DNA of 61,042 bases, the filler included, from Nemertoderma westbladi (Eukaryota; Animalia; Xenacoelomorpha): NCBI GenBank assembly GCA_032718475.1. It is 3 parts of 3 records of this genome, joined end to end, with 100 filler letters (N's around TTAATTAATTAA, not from the genome) between each part and the next. Parts side by side here need not be neighbours in the genome. Positions count along the whole stretch, not along the records: positions 1 to 19,771 come from JAUCBJ010004357.1; 2 more parts are not named here. One strand, given 5' to 3'. Positions 1 through 10,731 of this stretch are shown one piece after another. The notes under the pieces were generated by a model. It saw nothing but the letters and a program-made list of their open reading frames with translations, was not told where the DNA came from and ran no database searches. Numbering within the stretch: the stretch's first letter is position 1; each line of letters opens with the position of its first letter. The position numbers and the translations under genes were made by a program.

Positions 1-289
1 GATGCAACGCGATGCCTCTTCCCTTGGCAATTCTCTACAGATAGGGCAAACACAACACTCTACTCCCAAGCTTACACTATACAAACAATGTATTTACTCT
101 CTAATGTGACAATATCTCCGTTGCGTAATTATTACTGTGTCAGCTCGTGATCAAACTCTCCGTCTCACATCAGAAGGTGAATATGGATCCACCATTCCAC
201 CGGCTAGCCTGAGTACTGTATAGGTTAACGTAAATCTGGGGGTGAGCGAGTTTTTAATTAATGACTCGTATCATCTTTCGTAAAGACTC

Positions 290-510
290 ATCTTTCGTAT
301 CTACATTATTCTTTGTCTAACGTCGCTCTCGCCGTACAACTCCTTCAAATAATCGCGATGATCTACGTCCATCCCAATCCATTTGCACCAGTAGTGTCTT
401 TCAGCAGACTTCTGGAATGTGAATCCTTCACCACCACGTTTCCTCTCATCAGCCTTCTGCCAGATAACTACAACATAATACAAACTGCTGATCAGTTATA
501 ATTGAAAATC
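290..510 (-). mobile_element. Old, diverged 3' fragment of an RTE-type LINE ORF
   Basis: Minus-strand peptide VVIWQ...RKRGGEGFTF, then (after a frameshift) LLKDT, resembles the C-terminus LVIWQPHGVNKHGGQPMTF..ILKDT of the RTE copies at 2373-2630 and 52944-53822. Confidence 0.45.
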
Positions 511-1744
511 CTAATGAATGGTAGTGATAGGTAATGGATTATAATATAATAATTATGACAGAAATGAAACGGAAGTGTTCTCATCGTTCGTGATTGAGTT
601 GAGTGGTTCGTAGTCTCTTTGCATTGGGAGCGGTACATACAGTAGTTGATCCCATTACATTTATATCTTTACTGTAAGGCTTATGAATCCCAAAAAAATT
701 TCCAATTTGCGGACAAAGCTAATACTTGTGAGAACTGAAAAGCGACATGTACTGAAAAAAGGTTTTATTCTTAAATTGTTACTTTTTCGCTCGAATATAC
801 CCCAAAATTGGGAGAAAAAGGTGCACTTTTTATCCCTAGAGAAAAAAGTAATCAATAGGATTGCATTGATTTTACTTTTTTTAGTTACGTAATAAATATT
901 CGAGAACAATAAATTATTTTAACATTGAGTAAGGCAACATTGAGAGTTGAAGAGTACAATAATTTGAATTGCAGTAACTATGGAAGCAAGTAAAATACTA
1001 CAGTTCAACTTATTTTGTATCACTGCTGTATATCTCATTATGTTTTATTACAGAATCAATAAAAAGTACCAATTTAAGAATAAAATACGTACCCTATTGA
1101 AAATTAACACTATATTTATTAAGTTGCTGCCGAGTCGGCCCCTTATTTTCTACTAAGAATATTGCAAGTACTTTGGAATATTAACAAGTAATTAATTCTC
1201 GCAACCCTTTATTAACTTTGCTTGCGCTTGGTAAATAAATGCATCAGGAATCGTGAAAAAAAGTTATGTTTTTTTCCCCATGTAGTAAATACTTTTTTAT
1301 TTAATTTTTTATTAATATAAATTATTTATAATACAAGCACTGTTGAACCTTTTCAATATAAGTCGGTGCAATTTCAATTTTCAGTCGGTGCAAATTGACT
1401 TACACCCCCCCCCCCCCCCCCCCCCCCCACTTGTTTTGGTCTAGCGCCGCCCCTATTCCAGAAAAAGAATGGCAAAGGTGAATTCATAGAAGAAGACATT
1501 AGAGTAGGCCTACAGTACAACTACTGTACCGGTATACAAGAATATTAAGGATAGATTTTATTTGCATTTCATATAGTGTATGTACAGTATGCGTAGAGTC
1601 GAATAATTCAGTTTTGACGAAAATCTACTTATGAGCACTGAAAACCTGTAGATCAAGTTGGTACAATTACAACACAAGAATAAAGTGTACCTTCTGTATC
1701 CCATCCATTACTTTAAGTGTCCCTCTATACTTTGTGTCATCTAG

Positions 1745-1925
1745 GTTGTCTAGGTGTCTCCTTGGAAGACGGGTCTAACGAAGTGGCCCATATCCGGGAC
1801 TCAATCCGACTTCTCAGAGAGGCTGTCGTAGGAATTTTGAGTAAAGGCTACATCCTCGGCAGGCCTCCGGATAACTGCAGCATCCCCGATGATCAGACTT
1901 GGAGTGACGGAGATTATCTTTTTAA
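1745..1925 (+). CDS. GRIN1: Internal exon of an NMDA-type glutamate receptor NR1-like gene (amino-terminal domain)
   Basis: Acceptor ctttgtgtcatctAG at 1744 and donor GTAAGT at 1926. Encodes GCLGVSLEDGSNEVAHIRDSIRLLREAV...PPDNCS...WSDGDYLFK, matching the NR1 segment G..GLQLINGKNESAHISDAV...PPRGC...WKTGPLFK as recalled. Splices in frame (AA|A) to the exon at 3084. Confidence 0.85.
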
Positions 1926-2372
1926 GTAAGTTCCTGATTCGATTCGTTCGATTCGATCTAACACCGTTTACACCCTTCTGAGTTATACTAACTACATCTA
2001 GACTCGCAAGTACCAAGTATTGTAGATTTACCGGAAAGAAACCCTTGGGGCTCCTTCACAAAAGTCTTCTACGTCTCGACTTTTGTTTATGGAGTATTAG
2101 TAATATAAACTAAACAGAATTCCTTATTAATAATTTTATTTCACCTTCAAATATGTATATGATTTCTCTACAGCATTGAGATTTATTATTTTCCTCTAAC
2201 CAAATCAGTTTTCTTAATTAATTTTAGTGACAAAATTGTTACTGTAAATAAACCATATTTAAATAACGTCTGGGATAATTGAGATTCATTGGGTGTTTTT
2301 AATGCATCGAAAACCATTACTTTTTCTAATCCGTAGCATGATGTAACTGTTAATCGATCTACTGTAGCTGTG

Positions 2373-2630
2373 ACATTGCTTTCGCCGTGAGGACCAGCCA
2401 GTGCATAATCTTGTACTTTGGCAGCCTCATGGAGTAAATAAGCATGGTGGACAGCCCATGACTTTCTTGAGACGCATCTTAAAGGACACTGGCCTTAAAG
2501 ATGCGGATGATCTAGCAAATGTCATGGGTGATAGGGAGTTGTGGCGGTGCAATTTTGTTGACAAGCCGGCACAGCATTCTTAAAAATGCAGCTGCAATGC
2601 AGCATGCCGATCCTAGTAGTAGTAGTCCTA
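2373..2630 (+). mobile_element. 5'-truncated RTE-type LINE 3' end with (TAG)n tail and target-site duplication
   Basis: Nearly identical to the reverse complement of about 52900-53155. Ends in TAGTAGTAGTAG. Flanked by the direct repeat GTAGCTGTG (2364-2372 and 2631-2639). Confidence 0.85.
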
Positions 2631-2659
2631 GTAGCTGTGCATAGTATAGCCAGCCAATG

Positions 2660-2920
2660 AGAGCCAAGGTTCCACCTTGGTGTTGTGGTTGCATTGAATT
2701 CACATCTGCCGTAGGTCGTGGGTTCGATCCTCACATGGGCCAGGGCAGTTACGGATGCTTTAAAGGGACCAGCCAGGGTGCATCTCTGCCTTGCATCCTT
2801 AAAGTGGTAGCTAAATGAGCTGGAGTTTCCTCTGGGGAGTAAAGATATGGAGGGACCGCACTGGAAATAAGTCGTCAGACTTTGTGCGTAATCCCTGGCC
2901 TAGCGGCCGAAGAAATTTAA
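2660..2920 (+). mobile_element. tRNA-derived SINE
   Basis: A-box-like TGGTGTTGTGG and B-box GGTTCGATCC. Central CTCTGCCTTGCATCCTT...GCTAAATGAG block resembles conserved SINE core domains. LINE-like tail GGACC...GGAAATAAG, also seen near 58941. Confidence 0.55.
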
Positions 2921-3083
2921 CTTTTTTGACATCTGATTTCTCAAACTTCCCTCGCGACCACGGTAACATAAAGCGTCCTTTATTTACCACTTAATTCTAT
3001 TTTTTTTATACCAAAAATTTTTTTTCCAACAACCAACCTTACTGTATATATTTTGCAAAGTGTTTTTGTTATAATTTTCGCAG

Positions 3084-3396
3084 ATCAATTAAATCAACGT
3101 CTCTGATGGATGGTCAAACAGGAATAGTTTCTTTCAATTACCATGGCGACCGCCAGCAGCCTCGCTATTGGCTGACCAATGTTCAGACCCATTGGGTAGT
3201 TACCATTGGACACTGGACCACGGACAATGGCTGGGTGTTCAATGTATCATTAAAGGCACCAGGGACAACTTTATACCCAGGGAACATAGAAGCACCCGAC
3301 ACCACCGTCTACCCGGGGAATGCACCCGGGAGCATTGTCTACCCGGGTAACATATACAAGAAACCTGACGGGATTAGCGTTAAAACTCATTTGAAG
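3084..3396 (+). CDS. GRIN1: Next exon of the NR1-like gene (end of amino-terminal domain and linker)
   Basis: Acceptor ttttcgcAG at 3083 and donor GTAAGT at 3397. Encodes DGQTGIVSFNYHGDRQQPRYWLTNVQ...IVYPGNIYKKPDGISVKTHLK versus NR1 [26 protein letters not shown]...[21 protein letters not shown]. Confidence 0.85.
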
Positions 3397-4009
3397 GTAA
3401 GTCGTTCTGTGGCCCAGTAGTGTTCTTTGGTACTAATAAGTTGTCGAGTTCAATCACACACTATTATATCCATAATATGTTGTTAGCCAATTGTTAATTA
3501 TCAACTGACCTTTGAATTAACACCAACTATATAAAAGCCAATCGTCAATTTACACGTCATTTTTGAATCGCAATAATTTTTATTGTCCGTTTAAATCCTT
3601 TTTTTGTCCTTTTTTTTTTATTTATTATGTCCTCCAAAAATCTAATGTTAGGTTCCATGCTACCGGTTTCTCTAATGCTGTTCTCTCAGGCTATCAGTAC
3701 CGGTATTAGTATATATAGCACTATTTTGCTGTATTGTATGTACAAATGTAGGTATAAAGCAGGTATTTCTGTATTTTAGTACCGGTACCGGCACCGGTAC
3801 TGCTATAGGCCTACTGTGTAGCCTACCATTTAAATACGGTAATGGTAGGCCTACCGGTTGTGCTAATAAATTTTAAATAATTGATAGGCCAAACTGGATT
3901 GCAGGATTGTGGAAAATGTGGATATACCTTTCACATAATTTAGGCCTATTACTGTATTAGTTTTATAATCAATAATGGATCATGACTACTGTCTGAGTAG
4001 TGTTACGGA

Positions 4010-4920
4010 TAACCTGCTCCTTTCCCTGATTTGGTAAATTGACTGTTTATTGTTTTGGATAGAAAATCCGGCCTTAACCTGCTCCTTTCCCTCAATTAGT
4101 TAAGTGATCGTTTATTGTTTTGGTTAGAAAATCCCGCCTCTGTAACCTGCTCCTTTCCCTCAATTGGTAATGTTATCGTTTATTGTTTTGGTTAGAAAAT
4201 CCCGCCTCTGTAACCTGCTCCTTTCTCTCAATTGGTAATGTTATTGTTTTGGTTAGAAAATCCCGTCTCTGTAACCTGCTCCTTTCCCTCAATTAGTTAA
4301 ATGATCGTTTATTGTTTTGGTTAGAAAATCCCGCCTCTGTAACCTGCCCCTTTCCCTCAATTAGTTAAATGATCGTTTATTGTTTTGGTTAGAAAATCCC
4401 GCCTCTGTAACCTGCTCCTTTCCCTGAATTGGTAAAGTGACCGTTTGTTGTTTTGGTTAGAAAGGCCTGCCTCTGTAACCTGCCCCTTTCCCTCAATTAG
4501 TTAAATGATCGTTTATTGTTTTGGTTAGAAAATCCCGCCTCTGTAACCTGCTCCTTTCCCTCAATTAGTTAAGTGATCGTTTATTGTTTTGGTTAGAAAA
4601 TTCCGCCTCTGTAACCTGCTCCTTTCCCTCAATTAGTTAAATGATCGTTTATTGTTTTGGTTAGAAAATCCCGCCTCTGTAACCTGCTCCTTTCCCTCAA
4701 TAAGTTACGTGATCGTTTATTGTTTTGATTAGAAAATCCCGCCTCTGTAACCTGCTCCTTTCCCTCAATTAGTTAAGTGATCGTTTATTGTTTTTGTTAG
4801 AAAATCCCGTCTCTGTAACCTGCTCCTTTCCCTGATTTGGTAAAGTGACTGTTTATTGTTTTGGTTAGAAAACTCGGCCTTAACCTGCTCCTTTCCATCA
4901 ATTGGTAATTGTTTTTGGCT
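4010..4920. repeat. Tandem satellite, 68-bp unit, about 13 copies
   Basis: Unit TAACCTGCTCCTTTCCCTCAATTAGTTAAATGATCGTTTATTGTTTTGGTTAGAAAATCCCGCCTCTG. Period 68 (e.g. 4271 to 4339). A lone relic monomer lies at about 59080-59130. Confidence 0.95.
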
Positions 4921-6400
4921 ATAAAATGAGTGTTTTGCTACGTCATGTGGTAATCGATTATCGACAACAACCACAAACTATTAAATATAGAGTCTTTTTA
5001 AAACAGGCGCATATGGAAATCTATCTCATATTCTATAAATCATGGAATCATGGAATGTTTTGGCACAGGCATAGTGAAATCAACTGTCTGACAGTCCAGA
5101 AATCATCAGTCTGACAGTTTGAAGAAATACATACATAAAAAGTCATTAAAAGGACAAAAAAAAGTCATTAAAAGGACAAAAAAAGTCATTATGCATAATT
5201 CGTAAAAAAAAATGACAAAAAAAGTCAAATAAAAGGACATAAAAAATCACTGCCTTTTTGAATTATAGTAGTTGTCGCATTTCAATCAATAATTGGTGAT
5301 GAATGAGTTTAATTAATATCAAACGTGAGTGGCAAAATAGCCTTTAACAAGAATATGGGAATTTCCGACGTGTTATTAAAAATTATAAAAATACGATCAA
5401 AATAAATGAACTCTGGCAGTCCTACTAAAAATAATATCTTTAACAGGAAAATCACTAAAACATTCCGTTTTCACTAAAACCAATTAATTATCATCAAATA
5501 CAGTAAGAGGAATGAACTGGTGAAAGTAGCAAGTTATACCTAACAAAACAATAATAATCGAAATTAAATAAAACAGGTTTCAATTTTGTTTTCAATGATA
5601 TAAATTTACATTTGAGTGATAATTAATTTATAATTATTTATAAATTAATGAGTGATAATTTTCAATGAATGAAGAATATATTATATTTTAGGGGTGACAA
5701 AAATTTAGTGAAAAAACATTTAATTTAGTGGAAAAACCATTTGTTTTAGAGAGCCAATGTAATTAATGCGAAACGAGTAAAATGTAAAATTTTTGTAAAA
5801 TGAGAGCATTCTTAATAAGATTTCCAAATTAATTGCGTACTCATTAATTTTAAAATGAATACTAAACCTTCATTATTAATTTATTTAAACTTCTTAAACT
5901 TTAATAAAAATATGGCAACATGGCAACTTGTTTTTATTTTTTTAATATTAATATTTATATGTGTAATAATAAAATGGCGTATAAAATTCCATTAATATTA
6001 TTTTCATAAGAATAAATTCATGCAATTTATTAGGTGTCGCTAGGTTACCAATTATACTGACCGGGCTAGAATTAAGTGAACTGTTAAAGGGTAGTCCCCG
6101 CCAAATGCGGTACTACAGCTGTACTACTTTACAGTTCTACCGGTACGATAGGCCTATTCAGAATACTGAATAAGGAATTAAAGAAATTATAAAGAGCATT
6201 ATCATATTGTTCTATTACATTATATATGGATGGAATTAGGAAATACAGAAATAATGCTGATGTGAAGTTTATTGAATTTGAGCAGTTTGCATTCATCTGT
6301 TCATTAGGTAGGCAGGCATGCCGTTGCCACATCAGTGATACTGACGTAACTGCACTTCTGATTACAGGATTAGTGCGAAAACTGAACAATAACCTAAATT

Positions 6401-7531
6401 ATGTCTGAAATTTATGTAAAAGATTTAATTCGTATTCTGATTGGTTGTTCCGAAATCTCTGCCGAAATCGCGAAAAAGATACGCGAAGATGAAACACTAC
6501 TTGAACTTTTAGTTGAGGAAAAAAAAGGCGACGCAAAGAACCCGCGATTTCGCCACGATTTCAAATCCCTCGCTGACGTTCTTATTCAAGAAGTGATTAA
6601 ATATCACGTCACGCGAAACATCTCCAGTCTATCCGATCGCATCTATGGCGAGGAATCGAACGTGTTCCGGAACCGCTCCGGTTCGTCTGTTGCTATAACG
6701 ATGGACGGCGACATCGGTGCGACTGCTTCTGCGCTCGCCTGCGTCCTCGACTGCGAAGTCTCGCTCGGGAATCGCCTCGCGGAGATCGCCTATTCCGAGC
6801 CGATTTGCGACGAATCGCAGGCCAACGAGGTTCACGCGAAGGCGGGAAATTCAAAAATCGATGCGAGTCGACTGGGAATCTGGATTGACCCAATTGATTC
6901 TACGAGTCAGTATATTCGTTCGAGGGACGATTCTGCTGATATCAGCGTCAGACTCGGTCTCACCTCAGTCACTATCCTTATTGGCGTCTTCAGTGTAGAC
7001 ACTGGCTATCCGGTATTGGGCGTAGTGAACCAACCATTCGCAAGCGAACCCCGTGTATTCTGGGGTTATAACGGCCCCGATCTCAAGATCAACAACGTTT
7101 CCAAGACAACAACCAATGAAAGAGCCGTAATATGTAGTTCGAGCGAGTTTGAGACTATTAGAGAGCGTCTGACCAACTGGGATGTTTCTCACTTCCCGGG
7201 CTGTGGGTACAAGGTTCTCTCTGTCATACGTGGTTCCGCGAGGTTCTTCCTATTAACCAAGGCTAGTTCCTTCTGCTGGGACACCTGCGCCGGTCACGCG
7301 ATCCTGCTGTCCCAGGGCGGGGGCGTCGTGAGTTTCGGCGACCTGGTGACGTCCCGTTCCAACGACCGGGACGAATTGGCATCTCAGTTGGAATCCCTGC
7401 AGGTTCGTTACTACGAGAAGAACCAATCTCTCTCGGGAATAAACCAATACTCCAACCAGAAAGGGATATTGGTTTACGCAGATTCGTCTGATGTGTTTAG
7501 TATTTATTCGTTACTGCGAGGTAATCTGTAA
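6401..7531 (+). CDS. INPP1: Inositol polyphosphate 1-phosphatase (IMPase/FIG family), single exon
   Basis: 376-aa ORF with DFKSLADVLIQ, IYGEESN, WIDPIDST, GVVNQPF, GCGYK and WDTCAGHAIL motifs. N-terminal LLVEEKKG...DFK is INPP1-like. Confidence 0.9.
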   Translation: MSEIYVKDLIRILIGCSEISAEIAKKIREDETLLELLVEEKKGDAKNPRFRHDFKSLADVLIQEVIKYHVTRNISSLSDRIYGEESNVFRNRSGSSVAITMDGDIGATASALACVLDCEVSLGNRLAEIAYSEPICDESQANEVHAKAGNSKIDASRLGIWIDPIDSTSQYIRSRDDSADISVRLGLTSVTILIGVFSVDTGYPVLGVVNQPFASEPRVFWGYNGPDLKINNVSKTTTNERAVICSSSEFETIRERLTNWDVSHFPGCGYKVLSVIRGSARFFLLTKASSFCWDTCAGHAILLSQGGGVVSFGDLVTSRSNDRDELASQLESLQVRYYEKNQSLSGINQYSNQKGILVYADSSDVFSIYSLLRGNL

Positions 7532-9463
7532 TGTAGTCTATTAAATTATTAATTACCGCGCTAAAATAGGAAATATAACAGTAATATAATAATATAGTTA
7601 TGTTGGCTAATGTTATTAGGTTTGGTTTTTAGGCTCAGCAATAATTAACCCACCTCCCTTGCTTCTATGTCTGTATCCATATAATATTTAATCTATTTTA
7701 GCATCATATCGGTAATGCTGCGATATGTTAAATAGTAATTTTGTGCCACTTTCAGTGATTAATTGTTTGCTTTAGATGTTTCACAATTCTTCCCATTCAT
7801 ATCCCGCTATTTCATTTATACTTATTATTTAATATTATATTTATTTATTTATTATTTTTTTTTTTATTTTTTTTTTGTACTATTTCTAAATGATGCCAAC
7901 CCCTCCCCATGTACCATCTCATTTTTCTGAAAATGGCAAATGTTACAATGTCATTAACCTACATGTGGAGGGTTAACTGTTTCTTTTTTCATTTAAATTC
8001 ATTGTTAACAGAGTCATAAACATGAATCCGAAAAAATTAGGTTTAATTTTCCGAAAGTCAGTTTTTTTACCTCTTGTCTCTCCTCGTATTCTGCAGTAAC
8101 TTGTGAGGTTAACGAGAGCTGTTCTCGGCTTCACGGAACGTTCCTCGTCTATTTTGTTCAACCCCACCTCAGGAACCAGCTTATAGTTAGAATTCACTAT
8201 TATTATATAGTTTTTTTCATTTTTGTGCAGGGTAAGTAAAAAAAAGGAGTGAACTGCCTCAAGTCAATGGAAAATTTTGTAATTCCAATAGCCGGTTGGC
8301 GGCCACTCATATGAAAATGGGTAGCTGTAGCCATCCTGATTGGGTAGAATGTTAACGTTAGTAGATGTAGTCTACTTTGGCTATTAATTGGCCACTGAAA
8401 ATTATATTTGCTTAATGGACTTCTTGTGATGTTTGATATTAGCGAATAGATTCAACCCACCGTTATTAAAGGTGCAATATTTATAAAACGTAGAACTATA
8501 AGTTCAAATTATTAGAAGTTTGAAAATTTATTCAAGAAAAAACATTCCAATTTGATGGATATTGTATTTTCATTATAATTAAAACTATTCGGATACAGAG
8601 TTTTACGTTTGGTTCCGGTGGACTAAGTTACTATTCTAGTAATGTAAAGTATAACTTTACAGTGCGGTGATACGCGTAGTTTAGTTTGCTACACTAACGA
8701 TCGTAGTCAGGGAGTGCTGATTGAGATGCGAGGATAAAATACTGTAAAGTACGTCGTTACAAGTGTATGTAGTAATTGGTTTTTATATTTATTACAACAG
8801 TAAATGCGATTTGTTATTTTCTATTGTTATAATGAACTACAGTGACAAATCAAGTAATATTAATGGCATTAAATAATGTTAACATTTTGGAATAAAATCA
8901 TTTATTTTATTTGGTAGTATTTTACTATATCACCTACAGGATATCTTATTCAGACAAATTATTATTATTATTGATAAATAAATAGATTTTATTCATTAAA
9001 TCTCCTTTCAGTTTTGTTTAATTACACAAACTGAAAGGACTCGTTCAACTCTACCAAACCTTGTCGGATTCTGGAATGACTTTCCTCCCAGAAAGATGAT
9101 CTACCGTTAATTATTTATGGATGTGAATGAATTATTTAATTTAGTAATTTCACATTTAAATCGTGTACGTGTTGGGTAGGAGTCTGCAGTGAAGGTAAAT
9201 GTCCGATGTAAGTATCTCCAGTTGGTGGACATTGACTGACTCATGTAACTTGCCCATATAGCAAAATGTTAGAATTAATGTAATTAAAAACTAATAGCTG
9301 CACCGTCGACAATTACATGATAGCATTTCAAGAAGAGGGAAAATCCTTTCATTTAATATGTAGCATGTCTGTTGCCGGATACATTAACGATATAATAATA
9401 CTTGTTATATATAATAACAAATATTATACGATGATATATATATGTTAGTCATTACTCGTTTGA

Positions 9464-10038
9464 TGTGACGGGATCCACCGAGGATCCCGGTTTATCCGAT
9501 TTCTTAACTACGCGTCCCCGCCGTGTGCATGAAAAGAGTCCTGGTGTTATTAACTCTGGTTATTGTTGGTAACGTATGTATAATGTATATAGTATAAGCA
9601 CAGTTTATGGATTGCAGGATTGGATGAGTACCGGTAACGTACAAATGTGATATAATGGCAGTGGACGGAGACGGTGATAAGAGTCTCGGTACCACCCTAA
9701 CTAACTGACTAAAGCAAAGAGTGAATGAATGATACACTGACATGGTAATATATTGCACCGGTTGGCCGCATTACACTACTCAGCCGATGCCTTCCCCCCA
9801 TTGGCTAATAACTCACTTGTCACCCTCCCATTTCCCTGGGTGTGCTTCCCCCCCGCTGCTGTCTCTCTCTCCCTCCCGGAGGTATAACCTCTGACCCCCG
9901 CTGTGTGTGTTCCCTTGGGGCCTATTGTCCCTGCTTATTGGGGTGACACGAGGTTGATTGGTAACCAACCTCGTGCTCCCAATATTGCTTAAAACCAACT
10001 CTGTGTGGGCCTGGTTAGCGGAATTGAATACGCTAACA
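9464..10038 (-). repeat. 3' LTR of the BEL/Pao element (575 bp, TGT...ACA)
   Basis: Minus strand begins TGTTAGCGTATTCAATTCCGC directly after the PPT GGGGGGGAG and ends CCCGTCACA. Both ends are independently supported by the homologous LTR at 40106-40674. Confidence 0.8.
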
Positions 10039-10076
10039 CTCCCCCCCATGCTATCTTCCCGGTGAGAAGATAGCAT
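10039..10076 (-). promoter_or_regulatory. Polypurine tract preceded by an 11-bp perfect hairpin
   Basis: Plus strand CTCCCCCCC (10039-10047), then ATGCTATCTTC-ccggtga-GAAGATAGCAT (10048-10076). Confidence 0.8.
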
Positions 10077-10731
10077 CCACCTCTAGTGCGCTACAATTCC
10101 GCTGGATCCCGATCTAGTATCGAGTGTGGGGTGGAACTATTTTCTCGGAGCCGGCTTTCCAGACCGCCCCCTATGGGTATGATATTGCTACCCTGTTTAC
10201 CTGGCGTCCCGTGTCGGGCCGATCGTGCGCTCCTCTCACACGACTTTTGTTTCCCCAACACTTTCACCACTAACTCTACTCTGTTCTCACCCTGACTCTC
10301 CTCTACTTCTCCTTACTTCCGCTCTAACTCTCGGACTTCCCTGTCCCTCACTCAGCCTCTTATTCCTCCCCCCCCCCCACACTTGAATTGCACCCGCACT
10401 CTCTCCACACTACAACTCAACCCCTATCTCTCCCACTCACTCCCGACGAGTTTCACCCCCCTCCTGTGCCGTCGCACTCAAGAAGTGTGATGTCGTCCAG
10501 TGTCTCGTCCATGATAGTATTATAGTCTATTGATCCCCAGTCCCAGTAGCTAATTGAGAAAAAGGTTGTACGACTATAGTACTTACTTTGATTGTATTAC
10601 TTTCTAAACTAATAATGATTTCTACGTACGTACATACTAATTGCACTTTTCAATTATTTAAATTACTTGAATTCGTACTTAGGAGTTCGCACGTCTCGCG
10701 TGGTCCCTTCCAGGCATATCACATGGATGTC

